From: Eubacteriales bacterium
GTDB taxonomy: Bacteria > Bacillota > Clostridia > Oscillospirales > CAG-272
Reading direction: 5' to 3'
DNA length: 64,000 nt
Assembly: GCA_045660295.1 (NCBI GenBank)
Contig: JAZRDN010000030.1
Location: 6,577 to 70,576 of the forward strand
Shown here piece by piece: positions 1 through 10,006 of this stretch (the first letter of the stretch is position 1; each line of letters begins with the position of its first letter). The notes beneath the pieces are model-generated. The model ran no database searches and was not told the origin of the DNA. It was given only the letters and a program-made list of their open reading frames with translations. Made by a program: the position numbers and the translations under genes.

Positions 1-318
1 GTAAAAAGGACGGAATCCGCACCGCGCTATGCACCCTGAGCGAACTATCTCGCGCACAGAGGCGGGAAAGTCCTTTTGCACGATGGTTTGTTGCGGAAGA
101 TAGCCTATCTCGTTAAGCGAGAAGCCGTCCCCGGTTATAATTTCGCCCGCGTTGGGCTTTTTCAGTCCTGTGAGGGCCTTTATAAGCGTGCTTTTACCCG
201 AACCGTTTTCTCCTACGATGCAGAGATAATCGCCTCGGTCAATGCTGAAATTCAGCTTTTCAACCACGTTTTTGCCTTCGTAGCCAAGCGCTACGTTTTT
301 TACTTCAATTTGCGCCAT
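1..318 (-). CDS. ABC transporter ATP-binding protein, N-terminal part (gene runs off the left edge); looks like the metal (Znu/Mnt) type
   Basis: Reverse-strand translation from ATG at 318 gives MAQIEVKNVALGYEGKNVVEKLNFSIDRGDYLCIVGENGSGKSTLIKALTGL...IGYLPQQ. Walker A GENGSGKS and the Q-loop are present. The + ORF 76..429 is its shadow. Confidence 0.8.
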   Translation of the reverse strand, partial: MAQIEVKNVALGYEGKNVVEKLNFSIDRGDYLCIVGENGSGKSTLIKALTGLKKPNAGEIITGDGFSLNEIGYLPQQTIVQKDFPASVREIVRSGCIARCGFRPFY

Positions 319-504
319 TTTGAATCCTTTCAAAAAAGATCGTTTCCACTATTATATCTTTTTTTTAGGCTTTTGTCAACAGATTTGAGAATCATTTTCA
401 AATTCAAAAAAGAAATCCTAATTATTTGACAAAACAGTCTTGAAATTTTACTAAATATGTGGTATCATATAATGGTTAAAATGTAATTTTTAAAGAGGAT
501 AACT

Positions 505-1503
505 ATGTACAGATCTATTCTTGATATCAAAGAAACTCAAAGAGCAATCAAATCCTGCAAGGACTTTTTCGAAAGAGAGCTTGCCGCCGCGCTCAATCTT
601 GTGCGTGTCAGCGCTCCGCTTTTCGTAACGCCCGAGTCGGGTCTTAACGATACGCTTAACGGAGTTGAGCGCCCTGTTGAGTTCGACCTTTTGGAAACGG
701 GCAAGAACGTGCAGATCGTTCAGTCGCTTGCAAAGTGGAAAAGATACGCTCTCGGCAAGTACAGCTTTGACATCGGTGAGGGGCTTTATACCGACATGAA
801 CGCGATACGCCGAGACGAAAACACCGATGCCATTCACTCTATCTACGTTGACCAGTGGGACTGGGAAAAGGTGATCTCAAAGGAGCAGAGAACACTTGAA
901 ACACTCAAGACTACCGTGAGAAGCATCTATACCACTCTCAAAAACACCGAGAAATATATGGTAAACGAATATCCCGCGCTTGCGGAAGCATATGCCAAAA
1001 ATCCGCTTCCGGATGATATCTATTTCATCACCACGCAGGAGCTTGAGGATATGTATCCAACGATGACGGGCAAAGAGCGAGAGCACACGATCTCACGCGA
1101 AAAGGGCGCAGTCTGCATTATGCAGATTGGCGGAAAGCTCAAGTCGGGCAATAAGCACGACGGACGTTCTCCCGACTATGACGATTGGACGATGAATTGC
1201 GATATTCTCCTTTATTTCGACGTGCTCGACATTGGTCTTGAAATCTCCAGCATGGGTGTCAGAGTTGACGAGACCGCGCTTGAAAGACAGCTTGAGGAAG
1301 CGGGCTGTAACGACAGAAAGTCGCTTCCGTTCCACAGAGCAATTTTCGAAAAGAAGCTTCCTTATTCTATCGGCGGCGGTATTGGTCAGTCAAGACTTTG
1401 CATGTTCTTCTTGAAGAAGATGCACATTGGCGAGGTTCAGGCTTCGGTATGGCCCGAGGAACAGGAAGATGCTTTGCTTGAGCAGGGCTGTAAGCTCCTT
1501 TGA
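505..1503 (+). CDS. asnA: Aspartate--ammonia ligase (asparagine synthetase A)
   Basis: 332-aa ORF with the typical AsnA N-terminus (IKETQRAIKSCKDFFERELAAALNLVRVSAPLFV) and class-II-synthetase-like core. RBS AGAGGA lies upstream. Confidence 0.9.
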   Translation: MYRSILDIKETQRAIKSCKDFFERELAAALNLVRVSAPLFVTPESGLNDTLNGVERPVEFDLLETGKNVQIVQSLAKWKRYALGKYSFDIGEGLYTDMNAIRRDENTDAIHSIYVDQWDWEKVISKEQRTLETLKTTVRSIYTTLKNTEKYMVNEYPALAEAYAKNPLPDDIYFITTQELEDMYPTMTGKEREHTISREKGAVCIMQIGGKLKSGNKHDGRSPDYDDWTMNCDILLYFDVLDIGLEISSMGVRVDETALERQLEEAGCNDRKSLPFHRAIFEKKLPYSIGGGIGQSRLCMFFLKKMHIGEVQASVWPEEQEDALLEQGCKLL

Positions 1504-1504
1504 T

Positions 1505-2128
1505 ATGACGAGACTTATTGTTGTAAGGCACGCCCAGAGCGAGAGCAATTACGCTCATTTTTACGCGGCGAGCACTAATATAAATCTTACCGAGCTTGGT
1601 CGAAAGCAAGCCGAAGAAACCGCGAGATACCTCAAAGACACTCACATTGACATAGCCTACTGCAGTAATCTTGTGCGAGTCGTTCAGACCGCCAAGCCTA
1701 TCGTGCGCGGCAGAAATATTCCGTTTATAATAACCCGAGACCTGCGAGAGATAGACGGCGGCGGATTTGAGGGGCTTACGTATGATGAGATACACGAGCG
1801 TTACCCATACGAAAGGTCTATGTGGGACAACGACATAGTAAATTGCTATTGTCCAAGCGGCGAAAGTCTTTACGACGTGTATAACCGCATCGCCCCGACT
1901 TTCGATAAAATTATCGATGAAAACAGAGGCAAAACTGTTCTTATCGTCACTCATGCCTGTCCTATAAGAGTAATGACAAACAAATTTCTCGGAAAGCCCT
2001 TTTCCGAGCTTAATTCTACTCCGTGGGCGGCAAATGCCTCGGTCACAATAGTTGACGTTGATGACAATAACAATTATGCGATAGTCAAGCAAGGCTATAA
2101 TCAGCATCTTGTTGACGCAGGCCTGTAG
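1505..2128 (+). CDS. Histidine phosphatase (phosphoglycerate mutase) family protein
   Basis: In-frame ATG at 1505 (MTRLIVVRHAQSESN) carries the RHG catalytic motif. The longer track ORF start at 1427 overlaps asnA and was discarded. Confidence 0.8.
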   Translation: MTRLIVVRHAQSESNYAHFYAASTNINLTELGRKQAEETARYLKDTHIDIAYCSNLVRVVQTAKPIVRGRNIPFIITRDLREIDGGGFEGLTYDEIHERYPYERSMWDNDIVNCYCPSGESLYDVYNRIAPTFDKIIDENRGKTVLIVTHACPIRVMTNKFLGKPFSELNSTPWAANASVTIVDVDDNNNYAIVKQGYNQHLVDAGL

Positions 2129-2146
2129 ATTACCGTAAATATCTAA

Positions 2147-2176
2147 CAAAAAACTCCCCGATTGGGGAGTTTTTTG
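2147..2176. terminator. Bidirectional rho-independent terminator
   Basis: AAAAAACTCCCC-GATT-GGGGAGTTTTTT has a perfect GC-rich stem flanked by an A-run and a T-run, between convergent genes. Confidence 0.7.
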
Positions 2177-2299
2177 TTATCCTATCATGAATGATATAGT
2201 AAGGTAAACCGTACCGAGTACCATAAGCGCGGCAAGCGCGAGACAAACGATTCTCACTATGGTTTTCTTCATTTTTTGGCTTTTAGTTGGATTCTGCAT
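2177..2299 (-). CDS. Possible 40-aa single-pass membrane peptide
   Basis: My own reverse translation gives MQNPTKSQKMKKTIVRIVCLALAALMVLGTVYLTISFMIG. It has one hydrophobic helix, sits between the topoisomerase gene and the terminator, and has a weak RBS (AAGGAA). It is below the ORF-track size cutoff. Confidence 0.3.
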   Translation of the reverse strand: MQNPTKSQKMKKTIVRIVCLALAALMVLGTVYLTISFMIG

Positions 2300-2314
2300 A
2301 TCGATTTCCTTTCT

Positions 2315-4507
2315 TTATGAGAGAATAGTTCCCACAGCGGGGAGCTTGAGCTTTTTGTAGCCCTTGGTGTCACCGAAATTTTCGGCAAAATCCGCGCTTG
2401 CGGATACTATCTTTTGGTCTTTCTTGAGAGTCATAAGCGTTACGCCGCCGGCGCTTCGTGTAGTTTTTACGGGGATAAGCGACGATTTGAATACTATCGC
2501 TCTGTCAGCTGAGCTTATCATCATGATCTCAAACGGCTCTTTTTCGTAGAAGACCGCCACAATGGGAGAGACCGCGGAATACGCTCCTTGAAGCTTGCGG
2601 CGTGTACCCTTGGTGTCGTAAGCCGATATCGGGACTCTTACGCCCTTGCCGTTTTCGAAAATGAAGACCATATTCTCGTTTTCGGGATACTCATTCTGAA
2701 CCTTCATAAAAATGGGCTTTTCGCCGTTTTCCATGCCAAGCTCGGCGGGGATAAACGCGCCCATCGCCGATATCTTTACAGACTCAAAATCAGCAATCTT
2801 AGCTTTGTAAACTCGGCATCTGTCGGTGAAGAATATTATCTCGGAGACGTTGTCGGTTTCCTCGGTATATACGATTTCGTCTCCCTCTTTCATCTTGTGC
2901 TCATCGGTTGCCTTGAGGGAAGCAAGCACGACCTTTTTGAAGTATCCCTCTTTGGTCATGTAAAGCTTGACGGGGAAGTTCTCAACCACTTCTTCCTCTA
3001 CGTATTCCTCGATGTCTGACGAATATTCAAGCTCCGAGCGTCTGGGCTGACCGTGCTTTTTCTTTATTTCTGTCAGCTGTTTGGAAATGTAAGCCTTTAT
3101 CTTAAGGTCGTCTCCGAGAAGCTCCTCTATTTTTGCGATTTCTTCCTGCAAGCCCTCGATCTCGTTTATTCTGTTGAGAATATACTCCTTGTTAAGTGAG
3201 CGCAACTTTATTTCAGCTATGTATTCAGCCTGGATCTGGTCGATATCAAAGCCATTCATAAGGTTTACTGTTACGTCGGAGTCTTTTTCCGTGTTGCGGA
3301 TAATTTTAATCGCCTTGTCGATGTCAAGGTATATCTTGGCAAGACCGAGAAGCAGGTGAAGCTTGTCGTTTTTCTTTTCAAGATCAAATCTGAACTCGCG
3401 CTTTACGCACTCCATTCTGAACAGAATCCATTCGTGGAGAATGTCTATCAAGCCAAGCTGTCTGGGCTCTGAATTTATAAGAATGTTGAAATTACACTTG
3501 AAAGAGTCCTCAAGAGGTGTGAGCTTGTACAGCTTTTTCATCAGCTTGTCAGGATCCGTGCCCTTGCGGAGGTCTATAGTAAGCTTGAATCCGCTAAGGT
3601 CTATCTCGTCTCGCACGTCAACCACTTCCTTGAGCTTTCCTTCCTTTACAAGGTCGGAAATTCGCTTCATAATAAGCTCTATTGAAGTGGAGTAGGGAAT
3701 CTGAATGATGTCTATACAGTTTGCGCTCTTGTCATAATTGTATCTTGCGCGTATCTTGACAGACCCCTGACCAGTTTCATAAATATTCTTCATCTGCTCG
3801 CGGTCGTAAATAATAGTACCGCCGCCCGGGAAGTCGGGAGCCTTTACGATGTCAAGTATTTTTTCGACGTTTGTCTTAGGGTTTCGGAGAAGCGCTATCG
3901 TACCGTCGCATATCTCTGCCAGGTTAAACGAGCAAATTGAAGAAGCCATACCAACCGCGATACCCGTGTTAGGGGTTACGAGAATGTTGGGGAAAGAGGC
4001 AGGAAGCAAAACCGGTTCCTGCATGGTGTTGTCGTAGTTGGGTACAAAGTCTACCGCGTTTTTGTCAATACCGCGGAAAAGCTCCGCGCAGAATGTATCG
4101 AGCTTGACCTCGGTGTATCTCGATGCGGCAAAGCTCATGTCGGAGGAGTACTGTTTACCAAAGCTTCCCTTGGAGTCGATAAGAGGGTGCAAAAGAGCCT
4201 CGTTCGCGCGTGTAAGTCTCACAAGTGTCTCGTATATTGCCATATCTCCGTGAGGGTTTAACTTCATGGTCTGACCTACCACGTTTGCGCTCTTTGTACG
4301 GTTACCTGTAAGCAGTCCCATTTTGTACATTGTGTAGAGCAGCTTTCTGTGGGCGGGCTTAAGACCGTCTATCTCGGGAATAGCTCGGGAAATAATAACG
4401 CTCATTACGTAGGGCATGTAGTTTTTTTCGATAGTGTCGGTAATAAGCTGTTTTTGCGCAGGGGCATGAACTATAGGGGCTTTTTCCTTAACTTTTTTTC
4501 TTGCCAT
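2315..4507 (-). CDS. Type IIA topoisomerase subunit A (GyrA/ParC family)
   Basis: 730-aa ORF with motifs GLKPAHRKLLY and NPHGDMAIYETLVRL and the active-site Tyr context FAASRYTE. The C-terminal region is repeat-like. RBS GGAGGAAG. No B-subunit gene is in the window. Confidence 0.85.
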   Translation of the reverse strand: MARKKVKEKAPIVHAPAQKQLITDTIEKNYMPYVMSVIISRAIPEIDGLKPAHRKLLYTMYKMGLLTGNRTKSANVVGQTMKLNPHGDMAIYETLVRLTRANEALLHPLIDSKGSFGKQYSSDMSFAASRYTEVKLDTFCAELFRGIDKNAVDFVPNYDNTMQEPVLLPASFPNILVTPNTGIAVGMASSICSFNLAEICDGTIALLRNPKTNVEKILDIVKAPDFPGGGTIIYDREQMKNIYETGQGSVKIRARYNYDKSANCIDIIQIPYSTSIELIMKRISDLVKEGKLKEVVDVRDEIDLSGFKLTIDLRKGTDPDKLMKKLYKLTPLEDSFKCNFNILINSEPRQLGLIDILHEWILFRMECVKREFRFDLEKKNDKLHLLLGLAKIYLDIDKAIKIIRNTEKDSDVTVNLMNGFDIDQIQAEYIAEIKLRSLNKEYILNRINEIEGLQEEIAKIEELLGDDLKIKAYISKQLTEIKKKHGQPRRSELEYSSDIEEYVEEEVVENFPVKLYMTKEGYFKKVVLASLKATDEHKMKEGDEIVYTEETDNVSEIIFFTDRCRVYKAKIADFESVKISAMGAFIPAELGMENGEKPIFMKVQNEYPENENMVFIFENGKGVRVPISAYDTKGTRRKLQGAYSAVSPIVAVFYEKEPFEIMMISSADRAIVFKSSLIPVKTTRSAGGVTLMTLKKDQKIVSASADFAENFGDTKGYKKLKLPAVGTILS

Positions 4508-4523
4508 TTCTTCCTCCGATGTT

Positions 4524-5558
4524 TTAAACTTTGATTACTGTATGGGCGGCGGCTCTTATCATTCTGTTGTAAAGAGCCAAGCCTATTCCACTTTTGTCGG
4601 GCAGGTGAGCGTATATTACGTCAACGCCAAGGTCATCGGCATCTCTCAAAGCGGTAAAAAGAGTCTGCGCCTGTGTTTCAAGGTCGCTCGATCTGCCTAT
4701 ATCTATTATGTTTTTGTTTTCAAGAAGTGCCATTTCCTCGTGGTAGCAGAGAATAGCGCACTTTTTTTGCTTTTGTTCGTTTTTAAGGAAAGCGGTAACG
4801 TTTTCTCGATCTCCGTCAATAAGTATCAGCGGAACGCTTGGCGCGTAGTGTCTGTATTTCATTCCCGGCGATAACGGACGCTCGTTTTCCTTTAACTGCT
4901 CAAGCACCGCGGGGGCGATATCAACAGAAGCACAAACGCATCTTAACGCGTCGGCGGTGATTGCACCGGGACGAAGAAGTGTCGCTGAGTTTCCGTCAAG
5001 CTTTATTATAGTCGATTCAAGACCTATATCACAGCTTCCGCCGTCGATTATCATGTCTACTCTGCCGCTAAGGTCGTCAATTACGTGGCGTGCACAGGTA
5101 GGCGAGGGCTTTCCTGAAAGGTTAGCCGACGGGGCGGCAACAGGTATTCCCGCCGCGCTTATTATCTGTCTCGCGATGGGGTGCGACGGACATCTTACCG
5201 CCACCGAGTCAAGCCCCCCCGTGACAGAAAGAGGAATAGTATCTTTTTTGGGGAGAATAACCGTAAGCGGTCCGGGCATAAATGTCTTTGCCAACTTATA
5301 GTAAGTATCGTTAGTTACCGCATATCGTTCGGCGTCCTCGGGCGCTGATATGTGAATAATCAGCGGATTGTCCGACGGACGGCCCTTGGCGGCGTATATT
5401 TTTTTCGCCGCGTCAGCATTTGTGCCGTCACCGCCAAGACCGTAAACAGTCTCGGTAGGGAAGACCACCAGCCCGCCGTCGCGCAATATTTCAGCGGCTT
5501 GTGACAACGCCTCTGTGTCAAGTGATATGCCGTCTGTTTTTACTATCTGTGTGTTCAA
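4524..5558 (-). CDS. tsaC: L-threonylcarbamoyladenylate synthase (Sua5/YwlC type, long form)
   Basis: The N-terminal YrdC domain motif VVFPTETVYGLGGD is present, and the 344-aa length implies a C-terminal Sua5 domain. Apparent TTG start. Confidence 0.85.
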   Translation of the reverse strand: MNTQIVKTDGISLDTEALSQAAEILRDGGLVVFPTETVYGLGGDGTNADAAKKIYAAKGRPSDNPLIIHISAPEDAERYAVTNDTYYKLAKTFMPGPLTVILPKKDTIPLSVTGGLDSVAVRCPSHPIARQIISAAGIPVAAPSANLSGKPSPTCARHVIDDLSGRVDMIIDGGSCDIGLESTIIKLDGNSATLLRPGAITADALRCVCASVDIAPAVLEQLKENERPLSPGMKYRHYAPSVPLILIDGDRENVTAFLKNEQKQKKCAILCYHEEMALLENKNIIDIGRSSDLETQAQTLFTALRDADDLGVDVIYAHLPDKSGIGLALYNRMIRAAAHTVIKV

Positions 5559-5569
5559 AATTTTACCCT

Positions 5570-6634
5570 TTAATTGTTCTTTAATTTTTCTGCTGTGTCG
5601 GCTGTGATAAGCGCATCTATCATTTCGCTTATATTTCCGTTCAAGAAGTTTTCAAGCGAGTAAAGCGTAAAGCCTATTCTGTGGTCAGTAACACGTCCTT
5701 GCGGATAGTTGTAGGTTCTTATGCGCTCACTTCGATCGCCCGTGCCAACCTGACTCTTTCGCTCTGACGCGATCTTTTCGGATTGTTCGGTCTGCTTGAT
5801 GTCGTAGAGTTTAGCTCGGAGCATTTTAAGCGCCTTGTCCTTGTTTTTGAACTGGCTTCGCTCCTCCTGACACTCGATTACGATGCCGGTGGGCTTGTGC
5901 GTAAGTCTTACCGCGGACTCGGTCTTGTTGATGTGCTGACCGCCGGCGCCGCTTGATTTGCAGGACTCAAAAATAAGGTCCGCGGGATTAATCTCGATCT
6001 CAACGTCCTCAACCTCGGGAAGCACCGCCACGGTGGCGGTAGAGGTCTGAATACGTCCTTGAGATTCGGTTTCGGGTACTCGCTGAACTCGGTGAACTCC
6101 GCTTTCAAACTTGAAGCGCGAGTATGCGCCGTCGCCCTCAATAACAAAGGAGATCTCTCTGTATCCGCCAAGCTCGGTTTCATTAGCGTTCATAACAGAT
6201 GTCTTGAAGCCAACCGATTCGGCGTACATGGAATACATTCTGTAAAGCACTGCCGCGAACAGAGCCGCTTCCTCGCCTCCCGCGCCCGCGCGGATTTCCA
6301 CTATTACGTTTTTGTCATCGTTGGGGTCACGCGGTAGAAGTAGTATCTTTAACTCGTCAAGAAGCACCTCAAGGTTCTTTTGGCAGGTCTTGTATTCTTC
6401 GCTTACCATTTCACGCATGTCGGCGTCAAGCTGCTCATCAAGCATTTCTCGCGCGTCATTCATGTCGTTTTCGACCTTTTTGTATTCTCTGAATTTTTCG
6501 ATTATGGGGGTAAGACTCTTGTATTCCTTCATCAAGCGGGTATATTCCTCTTGATTAGAAAAAACATCGGGCTTTGCCAATTCATTTTCAATGTCAATAT
6601 ATTTTTCTTCTGCCGATTTTAATTTTTCAAGCAT
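5570..6634 (-). CDS. prfA: Peptide chain release factor 1
   Basis: The GGQ motif (SGAGGQHINKTESAVR) and the RF1-type tripeptide region (RVPETESQGRIQTS) are both present. Confidence 0.95.
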   Translation of the reverse strand: MLEKLKSAEEKYIDIENELAKPDVFSNQEEYTRLMKEYKSLTPIIEKFREYKKVENDMNDAREMLDEQLDADMREMVSEEYKTCQKNLEVLLDELKILLLPRDPNDDKNVIVEIRAGAGGEEAALFAAVLYRMYSMYAESVGFKTSVMNANETELGGYREISFVIEGDGAYSRFKFESGVHRVQRVPETESQGRIQTSTATVAVLPEVEDVEIEINPADLIFESCKSSGAGGQHINKTESAVRLTHKPTGIVIECQEERSQFKNKDKALKMLRAKLYDIKQTEQSEKIASERKSQVGTGDRSERIRTYNYPQGRVTDHRIGFTLYSLENFLNGNISEMIDALITADTAEKLKNN

Positions 6635-6660
6635 ATTTGGATTTTGCCTTTCACGATAAA

Positions 6661-8028
6661 TTAGTTTTTGGAGAATGCGCAGAACGCTCTGTATGTTTCG
6701 TAAACGTCAACCTTTGAGACCACCTCATAGGGGGCGTGCATTGAGATAACGGGAACACCAAGGTCGATGGTGTCGATGTTGTGCTTTGCGATATATTTTG
6801 CTACCGTTCCGCCGCCACCTACGTCAACCTTACCAAGTTCGCCTGTCTGCCAAAGAACACCGTCCTTGTCCATAACCGAGCGAAGCCAAGCAATGTATTC
6901 GGCGCTTGCGTCGTTAGTACTGCTTTTTCCGCGCGCTCCGGTGTACTTTGTGAGAATAGCGCCATGGGAAATTAGAGGGCAGTTCTGCTTCTCAAACACC
7001 TCGGGAAAATTGGGGTCGTAAGCCGCCGAAACGTCCGCCGAGAGGCACTTGGAGTTTGCGCGTACCTTGTAGACGTTTGCGCCGAGAGAAGCCGAAATGT
7101 CTGCAATAAGGTCGGTGAACAGATCAGCCTGCATACCCGTGTTACCCTCGCTTCCGGTTTCTTCTTTGTCAGCGAGAATACACATCAGCGAATGCTCACA
7201 GTCGGCGTTCTCAAAAATAGCCGATAGAGCGGGATAAGCGCAAACTCTGTCATCGTGTCCGTAAGCACCGATAAGCGCGCGGTCAAACCCTATGTCACGA
7301 GCCTTAAGCGCGGGAACAACCGAAAGCTCCGCGGAAAGGAAATCACTTTCCTCAATTCCATAGCTTTCGTGAAGAATATTTAAGATGTTGAGCTTTATTG
7401 TTTTGTCTTCCTCATCATCGAAAGGAACGCTTCCAACCAAAACGTTAAGCTTTTCGGCAGGAACAGCACTTCCAAGCGGCTTTTTGTCATCCTCCTGACT
7501 CAAATGAGGGAGAAGATCGTTGATATAGAATATCGGATCGCTGTCGTTTTCTCCTATAACTATGTCAACCACGCTTCCGTCCTTTTTTGCCACTACACCG
7601 TGGAGAGCAAGGGGAAGCGTGAGCCATTGGTATTTTCTTATTCCGCCGTAATAATGAGTCTTGAAAAAGCCCATTCCGCCTTCGTCGTAAAGAGGACACT
7701 GCTTAAGGTCTATGCGGGGCGAATCAATATGCGCCGCGGAAATTCTGAAGCCGTTTTCAAGAGCTTCGCTGCCTATAGTGAACAGGAATATATTCTTTCC
7801 TCTGTTGTTGTAATAATATTTTCCGCCTTTCACCGGTTTGTCTCCAAAGGAATAGGGAACAAAGCCTCTCTTTTCCGCTTCTTTGACAGTGTATTTTACC
7901 GCTTCGCGTTCAGTTTTTGCGGCGTCGAGAAATTCGGCGTAGCCCTTTGCGTATTCAAAAGCGGCTTCAAGGTCCTTTTTGCCGAATTTTTCATAGAAGC
8001 TTTCTTTCTTGTATGTGAGATTTTTCAT
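6661..8028 (-). CDS. M18-family aminopeptidase
   Basis: 455 aa with AAHIDSPRIDLK and the metal-ligand regions HDDRVC and DKEETGSEG, typical of aspartyl/M18 aminopeptidases. Confidence 0.8.
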   Translation of the reverse strand: MKNLTYKKESFYEKFGKKDLEAAFEYAKGYAEFLDAAKTEREAVKYTVKEAEKRGFVPYSFGDKPVKGGKYYYNNRGKNIFLFTIGSEALENGFRISAAHIDSPRIDLKQCPLYDEGGMGFFKTHYYGGIRKYQWLTLPLALHGVVAKKDGSVVDIVIGENDSDPIFYINDLLPHLSQEDDKKPLGSAVPAEKLNVLVGSVPFDDEEDKTIKLNILNILHESYGIEESDFLSAELSVVPALKARDIGFDRALIGAYGHDDRVCAYPALSAIFENADCEHSLMCILADKEETGSEGNTGMQADLFTDLIADISASLGANVYKVRANSKCLSADVSAAYDPNFPEVFEKQNCPLISHGAILTKYTGARGKSSTNDASAEYIAWLRSVMDKDGVLWQTGELGKVDVGGGGTVAKYIAKHNIDTIDLGVPVISMHAPYEVVSKVDVYETYRAFCAFSKN

Positions 8029-8651
8029 TACGGAATATCCTTTCGATCGGTAGATAATTTTTCATTTGTAAGTATCGCTTTGAGCTGTAACTCAAGCGCC
8101 TTTATGTCGGAGTTGTTTGTGACCGTGTATGTCGCCCTCGATGTGTAAAAAGTATCCGAGTTTTGCGCGTGGATACGCATAGTGGCAGCCTCTCTGGTGA
8201 TAGAATCGCGGCTCATTATTCGTTCTATACGAACGTCTTCATCAGATATGACCGTCACGGTAAAATCGCATACTTTGTCAATTTCCGATTCAAAAAGCAG
8301 AGGAGCGTCAATGACAGCAGCAAGTTTTCCGGCCTCTTTGTATTCAGAAATCATGCTCATGGTTTTATCGAGCACGTATTTGTGGGTTATTTGATTTAAC
8401 AGTTCAAGCTTTCGGTGGCTTTCGTCCGAAAAAACGATGTTTGCCAATATCTTGCGGTTAACCGTTCCGTCTTTTTTTAGAATTTCCGTACCGAAATTTT
8501 TTACAAGCTCATCAACGCAAGCAGACGGTGGAATCAGTAGCTTGTGGTAAACGTCATCGGTGTCTATGCAAGGAATATCGAGCTTTTCAAAAAAAGGATA
8601 ACAAAAGCCTTTTCCCGAGCCGCTTGGTCCCGTAAGTCCTATTATTTTCAT
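8028..8651 (-). CDS. coaE: Dephospho-CoA kinase
   Basis: N-terminal P-loop MKIIGLTGPSGSGKG in a ~200-aa protein with CoaE-like layout. Its stop overlaps the start of the downstream aminopeptidase gene. Confidence 0.8.
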   Translation of the reverse strand: MKIIGLTGPSGSGKGFCYPFFEKLDIPCIDTDDVYHKLLIPPSACVDELVKNFGTEILKKDGTVNRKILANIVFSDESHRKLELLNQITHKYVLDKTMSMISEYKEAGKLAAVIDAPLLFESEIDKVCDFTVTVISDEDVRIERIMSRDSITREAATMRIHAQNSDTFYTSRATYTVTNNSDIKALELQLKAILTNEKLSTDRKDIP

Positions 8652-8652
8652 T

Positions 8653-9792
8653 TTATTTTACCTTTTTCCATTGGCGTTCTTCAGCGGAAGCGTAAGCCGC
8701 TTCCATTACAGACTGAACATACGCACCGTCACAAAAATCAGGTGCGGTCTGTACTCCCGAATAAATCGAGTTTAAGAAATTATACATGCTTGAAACGTGA
8801 CCGCGTAACCATCCCGAAGCTGCTTTGGGGGAGGGAAACACGCCTTGCGGCTCGGGATACCGTCCCACACACTCTATTTTTGTATATCCCTTGTACCCGC
8901 CGAGACTGCTGTCCGATGCTGAATTGTCGTAAAAATGAAGCCAGTTGCAATCCATAAGCGAAAATTTGAGAGAGCCTTTTTCTCCGTATATATCAAGAAC
9001 TATATCGTCGTTTGCGCCTACCGCAACCTTGCTTGCCGATATAGTTCCGCAAGCGCCGTTTTCAAGTCTGGCAAGCATGTAAAAAGCCTCGTCGGCGTTA
9101 GTTGCCCAAGGATTTCCGTCCATACCCGCGCGTTCCTTGTAGGCTATTTGCGTTAAGGTGTTTACCTCGTCAAAGCGTCCGCAAAGATGATATATCAAGT
9201 CGATAACGTGAGAACCGAGGTCAAAGAGAACGCCACCGCCGCAAATATCTTTGTTTTGCTTCCAACCGGCGTTTTTGCTCGTAAGAGTGGCGCTGCTGTG
9301 CAAATAAGATACGTTAAATGAAAGTATTCTGCCGAGCTTGCCCTCGTCGATTATCTGCTTTGCGCGCTGAACGGGAGCAATAAATCGGTTGTTGAATACG
9401 ATATTATGAATTTTACCGCTTTTTTTAGCCAGCTCCGCTATCTCGAAGGCTTGCGCCGAGGAAATACATAATGGCTTTTCGCAGTAAATATGCTTTCCTG
9501 CCGCAATAGCCTTTTTCAGCGTGTCGTAGTGATAAATATTCGGCGTACATATATCTATAGCGTCAATGGTTGGGGAATTTATAATGTCGTCCTCGTTTGC
9601 GGTGGCAAGCTCAAATCCGTACTTTTCGCACACTGCAGTTGATTTTTCAAGACTTGTTGTGCAAACGCCGACGATATTCGCATCAAAAGGTAGCTCGTTC
9701 ATGTAAAATTTAAAGTTGGATATAGCGTATGAATGAGTCTTGCCCATAGAGCCAAATCCCAATATACCTATGTTTATCCTCTTTTTTGACAT
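8653..9792 (-). CDS. Gfo/Idh/MocA family oxidoreductase
   Basis: Rossmann N-terminus MSKKRINIGILGFGSMGKTH. The ATG at 9792 is preceded by GGAGG with 8-nt spacing. The track start at 9828 was rejected. Confidence 0.8.
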   Translation of the reverse strand: MSKKRINIGILGFGSMGKTHSYAISNFKFYMNELPFDANIVGVCTTSLEKSTAVCEKYGFELATANEDDIINSPTIDAIDICTPNIYHYDTLKKAIAAGKHIYCEKPLCISSAQAFEIAELAKKSGKIHNIVFNNRFIAPVQRAKQIIDEGKLGRILSFNVSYLHSSATLTSKNAGWKQNKDICGGGVLFDLGSHVIDLIYHLCGRFDEVNTLTQIAYKERAGMDGNPWATNADEAFYMLARLENGACGTISASKVAVGANDDIVLDIYGEKGSLKFSLMDCNWLHFYDNSASDSSLGGYKGYTKIECVGRYPEPQGVFPSPKAASGWLRGHVSSMYNFLNSIYSGVQTAPDFCDGAYVQSVMEAAYASAEERQWKKVK

Positions 9793-10006
9793 AAAAACAT
9801 CCTCCTGAAAATGAATATACAAACTCAAATTATATTATACACCAAATTTTAGTTTTTTTCAAGTGCTTTTAATAAAAAAGAAGAAAACGAAAAAATTAAA
9901 AATCAAACGCTCAAAAAAATAATTTTGTCGAATTTTGTTGACACGAAGGCTTATTTATGGTATTATTGTGCGTGAACTGTCAAAAAATAACAAAAGAGGA
10001 TTCGAA

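Noticed and set aside
76-429. A 117-aa + strand ORF at the left edge.
   Set aside because: The reverse strand encodes a clean ABC ATPase N-terminus with Walker A, so the + ORF is its shadow.
9793-10006. Longest-ORF start codons in the track, for example 9828, 9935, 29701, 31674, 34570, 52026, 55862, 57515, 59462 and 62968.
   Set aside because: In each case an internal ATG with a GGAGG-type RBS at 5-9 nt gives a canonical N-terminus (signal peptide, Rossmann motif and so on). It also removes the overlap with the neighbouring gene.
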